NCBI GenBank assembly: GCA_011364965.1
Contig: RDOB01000001.1
Coordinates: 188,017 to 252,016 of the forward strand
Length of the DNA stretch: 64,000 bases
Source of the DNA: Candidatus Heimdallarchaeota archaeon
GTDB taxonomy: Archaea; Asgardarchaeota; Heimdallarchaeia; Hodarchaeales; Hodarchaeaceae
Reading direction: 5' to 3'
The notes under the pieces were generated by a model that did not search any database, was not told the origin of the DNA, and saw only the letters and a program-made list of their open reading frames with translations. Shown piece after piece: positions 15,221-25,005 of this stretch. Every line of letters starts with the position of its first letter. The first letter of the stretch is position 1. A program made the position numbers and the translations under genes.

Positions 15221-16588
15221 GTGCCAGCAGCTCAAAATACAGCTCATTTTTTTAGAATAATTTACGTTGTTCTATTTGTTTTTTCAAGTCTACTGGTTTT
15301 ATTCAGTATAGACCAAACGAAAATGTTTGATTTCACCCAAGTATTCAAAATTATTGATTATCTGATGTTATTTGTACAGGTACTCCTTGAAACGCTTACA
15401 AATCTGGCAATCAATATTACTCTCATTATCATTGCTGCAAAAGCAGCTCTTCCCTTTATTGGGGATCCAAATTTTGCATCTTTGAACCAAAGCGGAATTG
15501 CTCAAATAAGAAATCTTGTCAATCCATTAAATAATTTCTTTCCGCATTCGAATATTGATCTTACGAATCCTCAAGCTCTAGAGAATTTAATCACTGATTT
15601 TTCGGCCTTCTTTGGCGCTACTACTATATTAATATTACTTCCAATCGCTATTTTGTCAGGTTTTGGATTTCTCAGAGAGGGAGATACAAAATTAGCCATA
15701 TACTCTTTTCTAGGATTTCAGCTGATTCTAATTGTTGCAATTTTTACTGAAAATATCTTAATTTCCACAGAAATAAATTCTTCTAATATTTTCGCAATGA
15801 TTTTCAGCCCTCTCTTTACATTAGGCTTCCTTTTATATTTACAATTAGAAATTGCTTTTCAAACTTCCTATACTCTAAATATCCTAAACCCCATGACCGA
15901 AAGAGAAAAAAGAATTCAAAAACATCTAGCAAGAATTCGTGCATTTGTACCAAAATCAGAGGAAGAAGAAGAGGGAAAAGAACGGACAGTTGGAAGTATG
16001 CAGTCTAGTAAATTTGATCTACTAGCTGCAAGTTATCTTCGAGAAATGGTTGAACGGCGGGTATTTAAAACTGGAGAAATGGCAATCGATGCAAAATCGA
16101 TGATGAGATTGCAATCATATTTAGCTAGTCTAAATCAGTCTGATCCACAAACAGATCTAAAGCTAGCAGCTAAAACTGCACAACCTGATATTTCAGCTTT
16201 GATTAAACACTTCATCCCAACGATGATATTTCGGATTTCAGCTGTAGTTCTTTTAGCTTATATTATTATGTCACCTGAAGGTATCCTAAACTTTTTCATG
16301 TCTTTTTCTTTTCCAGCTTTACTTGATAGCCTTGAATTAAGTCAACCAGAATTCCGAACAATTGCAATATTGAATTTTGTTCTTCTTTTCATTTTAATTG
16401 GTGCAGTACTTCATTATCTTAGTTCTGGAAGAACAGTAAAAGTTTTAGAACGAGTTGTTCAGCAAATCGACACTCTAGTTGACTTTGATAGAGGTAAACC
16501 TAGTAGAACTCCCTCAGAAGGACAGTCTTCTGAAGAGGAATCTGTGGAAGAAGCTTCGCCTGAAGACCAAGAAGAAGTAATTTCCTAA
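15221..16588 (+). CDS. Multi-pass membrane protein of the MoxR operon, acidic tail
   Basis: 455 aa, several TM segments, 5 nt downstream of the DUF58 gene. Confidence 0.75.
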   Translation: MPAAQNTAHFFRIIYVVLFVFSSLLVLFSIDQTKMFDFTQVFKIIDYLMLFVQVLLETLTNLAINITLIIIAAKAALPFIGDPNFASLNQSGIAQIRNLVNPLNNFFPHSNIDLTNPQALENLITDFSAFFGATTILILLPIAILSGFGFLREGDTKLAIYSFLGFQLILIVAIFTENILISTEINSSNIFAMIFSPLFTLGFLLYLQLEIAFQTSYTLNILNPMTEREKRIQKHLARIRAFVPKSEEEEEGKERTVGSMQSSKFDLLAASYLREMVERRVFKTGEMAIDAKSMMRLQSYLASLNQSDPQTDLKLAAKTAQPDISALIKHFIPTMIFRISAVVLLAYIIMSPEGILNFFMSFSFPALLDSLELSQPEFRTIAILNFVLLFILIGAVLHYLSSGRTVKVLERVVQQIDTLVDFDRGKPSRTPSEGQSSEEESVEEASPEDQEEVIS

Positions 16589-16608
16589 ATTTATGGAGAG
16601 AAAGAGCA

Positions 16609-17142
16609 ATGCCAAAGCTAGATCCAGAGAGTAATGAAGCAAGAAAAAGATTAAGGAACGAGATAACAGGATATGTTACTTATGAAAAGCAAAACGATAG
16701 AAAATACACCGAAGACGCTTTTCGTGATTATTTAGAAACTAATTTATCGAATTCCTCTGATGAGATAAAAAAAATTCAAGAAGCAGCTCTTATGAGTCAA
16801 ATGATCACAACTTGGTCAGATTTAGATCGTTTAATCAGCACTTTTACCGACCTTCGTCTTCTATTACAAAAAACTTCCTATGGGATAAGTACATTTTTCG
16901 ATTCGGAAGTGATTAAGGAATTTGATCTCAATTATCTTTATACACTGGAAAAAACCATTCTAGACATAATTTCAAGTTTAAAGGAAAAAATCTCACATTT
17001 TAATGACGCTATTGAAAGTGGAATGCTCTCTGATAGTAGTAGAATCACAAATGAAATACTGGACGACCTTTCAGCAGTCCAAGACGCATGGGAAGAAAGA
17101 AGAAGGTTAATCGCAGACTTCCAAAAACTAGGTCTGGTCTAA
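16609..17142 (+). CDS. Soluble alpha-helical hypothetical protein
   Basis: 177 aa, GGAG upstream, 20 nt after the previous gene; ITGYVTYEKQNDRKYTEDAFRDYL resembles a conserved archaeal hypothetical family. Confidence 0.7.
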   Translation: MPKLDPESNEARKRLRNEITGYVTYEKQNDRKYTEDAFRDYLETNLSNSSDEIKKIQEAALMSQMITTWSDLDRLISTFTDLRLLLQKTSYGISTFFDSEVIKEFDLNYLYTLEKTILDIISSLKEKISHFNDAIESGMLSDSSRITNEILDDLSAVQDAWEERRRLIADFQKLGLV

Positions 17143-17232
17143 GAATCATACATTAATTTTGCTTCGATATAATAATCATAATTTAAACCGAGGGAATGCC
17201 TTTTTTACTAAGAAAAAAATGCTCTGTTTGAC

Positions 17233-17265
17233 TGCATATTTTCGATTTTCGCAAAAAAATATGCA
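17233..17265. promoter_or_regulatory. Inverted repeat upstream of the MFS gene (candidate operator or hairpin)
   Basis: TGCATATTTT-N13-AAAATATGCA. Confidence 0.45.
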
Positions 17266-17301
17266 TTGAAAGGAAATCTTCTATATATATAGGTGTAAAT
17301 T

Positions 17302-18573
17302 ATGTCTACAGAAATTATTTCAGAAGATCGCCAGAAATATATGGTTATTGGCGCTGCACTTGTAGTTCAGCTCTGTCTAGGATCAATTTATGCATGGTCA
17401 ATCTTTAAAAAAGCCCTTTTAGCTGTCCCGTATTCAGCATCTGATGTCAATGCATCACTGCCATTTTCAATTGGATTACTATCTTTTGCATTGGTTATGA
17501 TTGTAGCGGGGAGATTGCAGGATCAAATGGGTCCGAAAAAAATTGCTACTATTGGTGGTATACTTCTTGGAACAGGTTATCTTCTTGCAGGATTACCAGA
17601 ATTCCTCAATATTTTTGCAGCTGACGATCCTTTGCTTACTATCTGGCTTGTATTAACCTATGGTGTCATTGGCGGAGCAGGTATTGGATTTGCATATGTT
17701 TGTCCAATTGCTGCATTAGTTAAATGGTTTCCAGATATTAAAGGCTTAATAACTGGTATTGCAGTCGCAGGCTTTGGTGCAGGGGCATTAATATTCGCTC
17801 AAGTTGAGAGAATCCTTATCAACTTTGGAACTGAACCAAATATTGGATTTGCTTTCATTATACTCGGAATTGTGTATTTGATAGCTGTGACTGGATCAGC
17901 ACAATTTTTAAAAAATCCCCCAGAAGGATACTCACGAAAAGCAGCTGTTGCAAAGACTAGCGGTGACGTTACTCCTTCTGTAGAATATGAATGGAGAGAA
18001 ATGATCTATACCCCTCAATTCTGGTTACTCTGGTTTATGTTTGTTCTTGCCGCAAGTGCAGGTTTAATGACAATTGGAAATGTTTCACCTTTTGTACAAG
18101 CACAAAATACTGCAATTGATGGAATTATGGCTGCGAACATTGTTGGAGTACTTTCTATATTTAATGCCCTTGGACGTATAGTTTGGGGAGCAACTTCAGA
18201 TAGATTGGGAAGAACAATTACCATGGCAACAATGTTTGCAATTTTGGGAATTACAATGATTCTTTTTGGTTCCCAAACCGATGTTCTTTTGTTAACGATT
18301 GGTGCAGCAATTATAGGCTTTTGCTTTGGTGGAAACTTTGCTTTATTCCCATCTTCAACTGCTGATTTCTTTGGCACCAAAAATGTTGGAAGCAATTATG
18401 GTTTTGTGTTCACAGCCTATGGAATTGCAGGCGTTTTTGGACCTATCCTTGCTGGAACCATTGTTGAACAAACAGGAGGCTATGGTTCAGCGTTTTTCAT
18501 CCTAGGCGTGCTAGCTTTTGTTGCAGTTATATTAGCTCTTGTTTCAGAGTATCTTCAAAGAGCAAAGAAATAG
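17302..18573 (+). CDS. MFS transporter, OFA (oxalate:formate antiporter / monocarboxylate) family
   Basis: QLCLGSIYAWSIF, KWFPDIKGLITGIAVAGFGAG, FFGTKNVGSNYG. Confidence 0.92.
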   Translation: MSTEIISEDRQKYMVIGAALVVQLCLGSIYAWSIFKKALLAVPYSASDVNASLPFSIGLLSFALVMIVAGRLQDQMGPKKIATIGGILLGTGYLLAGLPEFLNIFAADDPLLTIWLVLTYGVIGGAGIGFAYVCPIAALVKWFPDIKGLITGIAVAGFGAGALIFAQVERILINFGTEPNIGFAFIILGIVYLIAVTGSAQFLKNPPEGYSRKAAVAKTSGDVTPSVEYEWREMIYTPQFWLLWFMFVLAASAGLMTIGNVSPFVQAQNTAIDGIMAANIVGVLSIFNALGRIVWGATSDRLGRTITMATMFAILGITMILFGSQTDVLLLTIGAAIIGFCFGGNFALFPSSTADFFGTKNVGSNYGFVFTAYGIAGVFGPILAGTIVEQTGGYGSAFFILGVLAFVAVILALVSEYLQRAKK

Positions 18574-18577
18574 CTCT

Positions 18578-18613
18578 ATTTTTTCCTTTTTTTTCCTTTT
18601 TCTTTATTTCTTT
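18578..18613 (+). terminator. Oligo-T archaeal terminator
   Basis: Long T tracts immediately after the stop codon. Confidence 0.6.
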
Positions 18614-18897
18614 AGTTATTCCAACCCATACTCGATTGTCTACAATCTGTTATCAAAAATAGTGCGAAAGGGAGAGAAGTGGACCTTTTAGATGTTTAAA
18701 TAATGATTACCAACCAAATATGCTGATTAAAAATTGATTATTATTTGGAAAAGAAAATTCTTAACATTAGTACGAAAAACTCTATTTCAGACTACAGGAC
18801 AATATACGTCTCTGTATCGGCACTAATGACTATTTAAAAAGATAGACTTTAGGCCACTTCTTGCAAGAACAGAATTAAAATTTTTATAGGCGATAAT

Positions 18898-20931
18898 ATG
18901 TCAGAGCTTACAGCAACAGAGAAAGAAAAGGCAAAAAAGTATTATCCTCTGCCTAAATTGGCAGAGAAAGCCAGAATTAAAAGTATGGACGCATATTTTA
19001 AAAAATGGAAATATTCCGTAGAACATATGGAAGAATTCTGGGCAGATGAAGCGAAGAAACTTGATTTCTTCACTCCCTATGAGAAAGTGTGGCAACCACC
19101 AACTGGTCGAAATGACGAATTTGTTGGAAAATGGTTCGTAGGTGGTAAACTCAACGCTACTTATAATTGTTTAGATCGGTGGGTAGAAAAAGGGTATGGT
19201 GACGAAGTAGCACTCATATGGATGGGTGAAGATGACACAGTAAAGAAATTCACATATAAATCACTAATGGAAGAAGTAAATAAAGCAGCAAATGCTTTGA
19301 AATCGTTAGGTGTGAAAAAAGGGGATCGAGTATGTCTATGGTTACCAATGGTTGATTCTCTTGCCATTATTATGCTTGCTTGTGCAAGGATAGGAGCAAT
19401 TCACTCAATAGTATTCGGTGGATTTTCTGCAGAGTCAGTTAAAGATCGAATTGATGATTCTGCATGTAAAATATTAGTCGTTGCTGATGAGGTACGACGT
19501 GCAGGGAAACCTAGACCAATGAAGAACAGTCTGAAAGGAGTAATTGAAACCTGTGATTCCATTGAGTATGTTGCTATCATTAAACTCACTGGTGGAGAGG
19601 TATATCAATACGAGAAAGATGTTGATTTCTTAGCTCTAATGGAACAACAATCTACTGAATGCAAAAGTGAACCAATGGATGCAGAGGATCCATTATTTAT
19701 CTTATATACATCTGGGACAACTGGAAAACCGAAAGGTGTTGTTCACACAACAGCAGGTTATTTAGTATATGGTATATCTTCCAATTACTATGTATGGGAT
19801 TATTCCTGTCTTCTTGATTTGAAAGGTGATACTCCTGCAACCCGTGATGTTTGGTACTGTACAGCAGATATTGGCTGGATTACTGGCCATACAGAAATTA
19901 TATACTCTCCTCTTGCATTAGGCGCCATCAGTGTAATGTATGAAGGTATCCCAACTTGGCCACATGGAGGTAGATTCTGGGAAATCTGTGAGAAATTTGG
20001 TGTAACTCATTTCTACACTGCTCCTACAGCTATTCGAGCTCTCAAGAAGCTAGGTGATGAAAACGTTACAAAATGGGATCTATCGAAACTCAAAATGCTA
20101 GGTACTGTAGGTGAAGTATGTAATTGGCCCGAATGGAAATGGTATTGGGATGTTGTTGGAAAAGGAACAAGTGGCGATAAGCCTGTTGGCCGTCCGATAG
20201 TGGATAGTTATTGGCAAACTGAAACAGGTTCATATATGATGGTAAATCTAGGAGCAATTACTCCAATGAAACCTGGAAGCTGTACATTCCCATTCTTTGG
20301 AATACATCCTATTTTGCTTGACGAAGATGGCAATAAAGTTACAAAACCTAATACTCAAGCCTATTTCACATATGATTTGAGCTGGCCTGGGTTGATGAGA
20401 ACGGTCTGGAATGATCATCCCCGTTTTGTGAATACTTACCTAACCAGATTTCCAGGTTATTATGTGACTGGGGATTATGCATTGATTGACGATGAAGGTT
20501 ATTATTTCATTCTAGGTCGCTCCGATGATGTAATCAAAGTATCTGGTCACCGTCTTGGGTCTGCAGAAGTTGAAGCTGCAATTAATTCTCATCCAAAAGT
20601 GGTAGAATCCGCTGTAATCCCATATCCACACTCAGTCAAAGGATCCACGATTTTTGCGTACATAACCTTGATGAATGACGATGAAGCCAGTGAAGAGTTG
20701 AAAAAAGACATCCAAAATCACGTTCGTTCAGTAGCTGGCCCAGCTGTCTATCCTGAGGTCATTATGTTCGCTGGCGCAGTTCCTAAGACTCGTTCTGGAA
20801 AAATTATGAGAAGAATTCTCAAAGCTGTAGCAGAACAGAAGGACATTGGTAATACTATGACTTTAGCTAATCCAGAAGTAGTTGAAGAACTCATAGCGCG
20901 TCGGAAAATGATGGGAGAAATTAAATTCTAA
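18898..20931 (+). CDS. acs: AMP-forming acetyl-CoA synthetase
   Basis: LYTSGTTGKPKG, DSYWQTETG, GRSDDVIKVSGHRLG, PKTRSGKIMRR. Confidence 0.95.
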   Translation: MSELTATEKEKAKKYYPLPKLAEKARIKSMDAYFKKWKYSVEHMEEFWADEAKKLDFFTPYEKVWQPPTGRNDEFVGKWFVGGKLNATYNCLDRWVEKGYGDEVALIWMGEDDTVKKFTYKSLMEEVNKAANALKSLGVKKGDRVCLWLPMVDSLAIIMLACARIGAIHSIVFGGFSAESVKDRIDDSACKILVVADEVRRAGKPRPMKNSLKGVIETCDSIEYVAIIKLTGGEVYQYEKDVDFLALMEQQSTECKSEPMDAEDPLFILYTSGTTGKPKGVVHTTAGYLVYGISSNYYVWDYSCLLDLKGDTPATRDVWYCTADIGWITGHTEIIYSPLALGAISVMYEGIPTWPHGGRFWEICEKFGVTHFYTAPTAIRALKKLGDENVTKWDLSKLKMLGTVGEVCNWPEWKWYWDVVGKGTSGDKPVGRPIVDSYWQTETGSYMMVNLGAITPMKPGSCTFPFFGIHPILLDEDGNKVTKPNTQAYFTYDLSWPGLMRTVWNDHPRFVNTYLTRFPGYYVTGDYALIDDEGYYFILGRSDDVIKVSGHRLGSAEVEAAINSHPKVVESAVIPYPHSVKGSTIFAYITLMNDDEASEELKKDIQNHVRSVAGPAVYPEVIMFAGAVPKTRSGKIMRRILKAVAEQKDIGNTMTLANPEVVEELIARRKMMGEIKF

Positions 20932-20971
20932 TTTTTTATTTTCCCCCTTTTTTTATTTCATTCCGTTTTTT
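20932..20971 (+). terminator. Oligo-T terminator after acs
   Basis: T tracts right after the stop codon. Confidence 0.55.
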
Positions 20972-21004
20972 AGGTTATTATAAATTCCTGAATTCGTATA
21001 TATA

Positions 21005-21427
21005 ATGAATATACAAGCATTCAGAGGATTCATTTTGATGAATTATAATGATTTAACAATATTACAAATCTTTAGCATTACCTTCTTCGGAATACTTTTT
21101 GGCGTTTTTGAACTGATTACTAATGGAATTTACATTATTACTAGAAATTATTCTCTTCCCTCCAAACAACACCGTTTTGAGCTCCCTCTTAATCCATCAT
21201 CAAAGATAGTTTGGCACAAAGTTGTTCAAATGCACATTTTGGGATTTTTACTTACAACCACTGCTATAATAGCATTGTTGTTCTCTCCTTACATATTCAT
21301 TGTGGGTGTAGCCATGATATTAATAAATGGATTGATAGATTATACTAAATTCCACAAATCTAGTGTTTTTTATTTCTGGATAATTTTAGCTATACTTGCT
21401 GGCTCCTCGCTCTTAATAGTCATATAA
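21005..21427 (+). CDS. Small membrane protein (about 4 TM); true start may be 21038
   Basis: Hydrophobic ORF filling the intergenic gap. Confidence 0.6.
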   Translation: MNIQAFRGFILMNYNDLTILQIFSITFFGILFGVFELITNGIYIITRNYSLPSKQHRFELPLNPSSKIVWHKVVQMHILGFLLTTTAIIALLFSPYIFIVGVAMILINGLIDYTKFHKSSVFYFWIILAILAGSSLLIVI

Positions 21428-21709
21428 TGATTTAATTTTTTCTAGAATATCTTCGTATTTAGCACTTTTGATCCGAAATACCTTTTTTGTTGATGTTTCG
21501 CCTCTTTCTAGCCTAATTTCCTTTTTAAATTGCTTTTTAAGCAATCTAAGTATCTCTTTATTCGCTTTTCCCTTTACTGGTTGTGATGTTACGAAAATTA
21601 TCAAATTTTCATTGTTTATTTGTATTTTTGATTGTTTCTGTCCAGTTTTTATTTGAGCGATAAGTAGAATATCTTGTGAGTCTACCTTCAACCATTCTGG
21701 AGGGTGCAT
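21413..21709 (-). CDS. DUF167/UPF0235 (YggU) family protein
   Basis: SQPVKGKANKE..L and GETSTKK motifs. Confidence 0.88.
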   Translation of the reverse strand: MHPPEWLKVDSQDILLIAQIKTGQKQSKIQINNENLIIFVTSQPVKGKANKEILRLLKKQFKKEIRLERGETSTKKVFRIKSAKYEDILEKIKSLYDY

Positions 21710-23679
21710 TCTATTCCATCTGCATGTAAAGAAGTGATATCAGAAAATGATATTTGTTTTAAAGTAAATTGCCTTTCAATTATTTTGAGGGCATCCATTA
21801 AAGGTAGATTTTCTTCAATCCATATAAAATTAAGAAAATAACGAGCTAGATTACTTGGATTCAAGCTCTCACTATAGGGAATACCTAATGCGAGAGAAAC
21901 TCGTTTTTGAAATCTACTAATATATTGAGGGGAGGATTTTCGTCCAATCTCACGAATGATATCTTCTGGTTGTTTAAATGTCCCAAGAATGTAAAAATTT
22001 CCTCCAATTACCGTGAATCCATAGATAATTCCTGTTTCTTCATCCTGTGTAATGAATTTCTTCCCTAATAAATACCTAAAAGTTTCTGGTACAGAATGAA
22101 AATAAACACCGATTTTTGCATGAACTTCATCTGAGAGGAATATAAATGCTGAAGTAGGGAGAACACAGTAGTAAGAAGTAAGAATTTCGTGAGGTGAGAC
22201 CAGTAAGCGTTCAATGTTATTTAATAACCAGAGATTTTCTGGAGAAAATGCGTTTCCCTCTCCAATATTTAACTTCTTTGCAATAGAAAAACGAAGATCA
22301 GCTAGATTCTGCTTTGCTAATCCTTCAAGAAATATATCGAGTAAATAAGAAGGAGGAACAGGTCGTTTGATGATGATTGCTTGGCCATAGGGAGAAGCAT
22401 TAATTAAACCCGCGATACGCCCAAAATTCGATCCTGCCATTCCTTTAATTTGGTTTCCGATAATTGATTCATTGGTTTTAGCCCTTCCTGCAGCTGGAAT
22501 CCAAGCAGGAATTTTTAACACCTCTAGAGCTTCATTGTTAACAATAGATCGTTCTAAAGATGGATTTTTAAACTTTTTATCTTCCAGAAACCATGCTTTT
22601 GTTAAATTTGGTTTAATTGGGCTAGCTTCAACTCCAGATTGCGTCAGCCACTGGTTAAATATTGAAGGGATCAAAGATATCTTTTCAGGTATATTTAATG
22701 CCTGACTAATAATTGCAGTCAATTCTTGGGTTGTGATAGACTTCAAGTCAATAGAAATCCTTCTTAATGAGTCGTAATACTTTTTTTTCAATATAGATAT
22801 GTCCAAAGGAGCCTCTTGAACAATGGGTATGTAAATTCGGTCATCTATTCTCACTGGGGGTCGAAATAATCCAAGTGGGATTCCTTCAATATCAAAAGCT
22901 ACTCTACCTACAAAATCCCATAAATCTACAGCTATTTGTTCACTTATTTGATCTTCAACAGAAGGACAAGACGGGGGAATGAGATCTTTAGATTCCTCTA
23001 TATCTTGAATGGGGGTCGAAATAATAGATGATACTCCTTGTTGCAAACTAAAAGGCTTTATCATCTCTTCTAAATCAAAAATTTTGTCAGATTCATCTTT
23101 TATAGGAATTTTTAATGATTCAAGGATTTCTAGCTCAACTTCGTTAAGAATTTCTGTATCCAAGGCTAAGTCGTTTTTATAAAAACTCTTAAGTGAATAA
23201 TCTTGCCATATTCTGGCAAATTCACTAAATAAACTCTTCAGAGATGCAAATTCATGCTCAGAACTAATTTGATTTATGAAATCTTCAATATCTATACTAT
23301 TTTCTTTTTCGATATTACTTAATCGTTTTAATTTTAAATTCAATCGGTAATTTAACTGGTTCTGCTTCAACGAGTAGAATTCTTTTTTTCTGACATAATT
23401 ACTGATGATCTCTTTAGCTCGTTCACGATCTAAATTCCCAGTTTCCCATTCTTTGACACTTTTCTTGATTCTTGTTTCAGTTTCATGAATTAATAATTTT
23501 TTAGATTGGATCTCTTTGTTTATAAAAACAACTCCAAATATATCAATAAATGGAACTCTCTCCATTTTCTTTTGAACATCACTTGTCTTAAGATCATCCA
23601 AAAATTGAATTAAAGTACTTTCATTTAGGATTCCAGTATCTCGGAGATCTATTAGGATTTTACGTAGATCATTCATCAA
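21688..23679 (-). CDS. Coiled-coil protein with three PRC-barrel-like repeats (CdvA-like architecture)
   Basis: Repeat starts FVGRVAFDIEGIPLG, IIGNQIKGMAGSNFG and LLGKKFITQDEETG, each followed by a homologous helical insert. Confidence 0.6.
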   Translation of the reverse strand: MMNDLRKILIDLRDTGILNESTLIQFLDDLKTSDVQKKMERVPFIDIFGVVFINKEIQSKKLLIHETETRIKKSVKEWETGNLDRERAKEIISNYVRKKEFYSLKQNQLNYRLNLKLKRLSNIEKENSIDIEDFINQISSEHEFASLKSLFSEFARIWQDYSLKSFYKNDLALDTEILNEVELEILESLKIPIKDESDKIFDLEEMIKPFSLQQGVSSIISTPIQDIEESKDLIPPSCPSVEDQISEQIAVDLWDFVGRVAFDIEGIPLGLFRPPVRIDDRIYIPIVQEAPLDISILKKKYYDSLRRISIDLKSITTQELTAIISQALNIPEKISLIPSIFNQWLTQSGVEASPIKPNLTKAWFLEDKKFKNPSLERSIVNNEALEVLKIPAWIPAAGRAKTNESIIGNQIKGMAGSNFGRIAGLINASPYGQAIIIKRPVPPSYLLDIFLEGLAKQNLADLRFSIAKKLNIGEGNAFSPENLWLLNNIERLLVSPHEILTSYYCVLPTSAFIFLSDEVHAKIGVYFHSVPETFRYLLGKKFITQDEETGIIYGFTVIGGNFYILGTFKQPEDIIREIGRKSSPQYISRFQKRVSLALGIPYSESLNPSNLARYFLNFIWIEENLPLMDALKIIERQFTLKQISFSDITSLHADGIECTLQNG

Positions 23680-23839
23680 TTTTAATTCCGGAGCTTTCCT
23701 TCATAAAACAATCTGGTAAATACTTCAACTAGTCTCATAAATCACTTTGCTATTGAGAAAATAGACGAGGAAACGCGACGCACCTAGTTTATCTTTAATG
23801 ATTTTATCCGATTAAATCTTCAGTTATTACGAATTTATT

Positions 23840-24856
23840 TTATTGAGACTCATTAGACTTAGAACCTAGGTTTTCTGGAACTGTGAACTCAAATGGAGGT
23901 TTTGTAGTTACAATTACTCCCTTTTCCTCGGTTATTATGAATGTGTGCTCATGCTGAGCAACATAACTTCCTTTTTCATCAGCTAAAGGAGGATAAGCTA
24001 TCGCGCCGCCTCCATTTAGTAGCTGACGAAGTGTAAACCGAACTCGTGATTGATTGAATCCGTCAAATGATGTAAGATGTCTTTCAGCAAAAGGTAAAGA
24101 TTTGTATCTTTGGTATGTTGTAGAGTAGATTTTCCTAGATACTGGATTTCGGATTGCAATCCGCCTCGGAAGTAGCATATAGATGAATTTAGACCCAGAT
24201 ACTTCATGGACGCTGCCTGTTCCTGTAGAAGCGAATGTTTCCAACGCAAAAGCCTCTCCCACCTGCAAATCACCCTCAGCGGGATCATATGGGACACTTA
24301 TGTTCGGTAAACGCTTATCTCCATGTAATTCGTACCTACCAAGCTTATGTCCAGTTAACTCTCGTATTGGTCTATAATCATAACTAAGAATGGTTTCTTC
24401 GATTTGTTTTCCTATAACAGATGGGAGTGTACCTGCTTGTATGATCTCCATTCCAGAACGGAATCCCTCTTCCGCAGCTTTGACCAGGTTCTTATAGGTA
24501 TTAGAGAGAGGGATGGATACAGCTGTGTCTGCAATGTATCCATTTACATGAACACCAATATCCAATTTTACTATACCATCGTTTGGTATAACGCTTTGAT
24601 CTCCATATGGACTTGAATAATGAGCAGCAATATTATCAATCGAGACATTTGTAGGAAAACCTAAACCATCGGCCCCTTTTTCCAAAATCAGATTCTCTGC
24701 TGTTTCGCACACATTAATAATTGGGATATTGGGCTTAATCATTGATTTTACTTCATCCAAAACTTCGTATGCAATCTTGCCAGCCTTCTGATAGTAATAA
24801 ATCTTTTCCTCTTCTGTTATTCCCTCTTCAGATGTCCAATCACTCACGAGATTCAC
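23840..24856 (-). CDS. map: Methionine aminopeptidase type II
   Basis: AAHYS, KLDIGVHVNGYIADTA, LTGH, ALETF, QHEHT; type II helical insert. Confidence 0.96.
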   Translation of the reverse strand: MNLVSDWTSEEGITEEEKIYYYQKAGKIAYEVLDEVKSMIKPNIPIINVCETAENLILEKGADGLGFPTNVSIDNIAAHYSSPYGDQSVIPNDGIVKLDIGVHVNGYIADTAVSIPLSNTYKNLVKAAEEGFRSGMEIIQAGTLPSVIGKQIEETILSYDYRPIRELTGHKLGRYELHGDKRLPNISVPYDPAEGDLQVGEAFALETFASTGTGSVHEVSGSKFIYMLLPRRIAIRNPVSRKIYSTTYQRYKSLPFAERHLTSFDGFNQSRVRFTLRQLLNGGGAIAYPPLADEKGSYVAQHEHTFIITEEKGVIVTTKPPFEFTVPENLGSKSNESQ

Positions 24857-25005
24857 CTAAATCCATTTTAAATATATAAATACAACTAATTAGTTTCATT
24901 AGAAAATTTTTTTTATCCTAGACTTTTTTATTAATCTTAACTTGATCCTTAATTCGGAAATCCTACAAACAATTTTTAATGATATGAGTTTCAGAGGTTC
25001 ACCAC

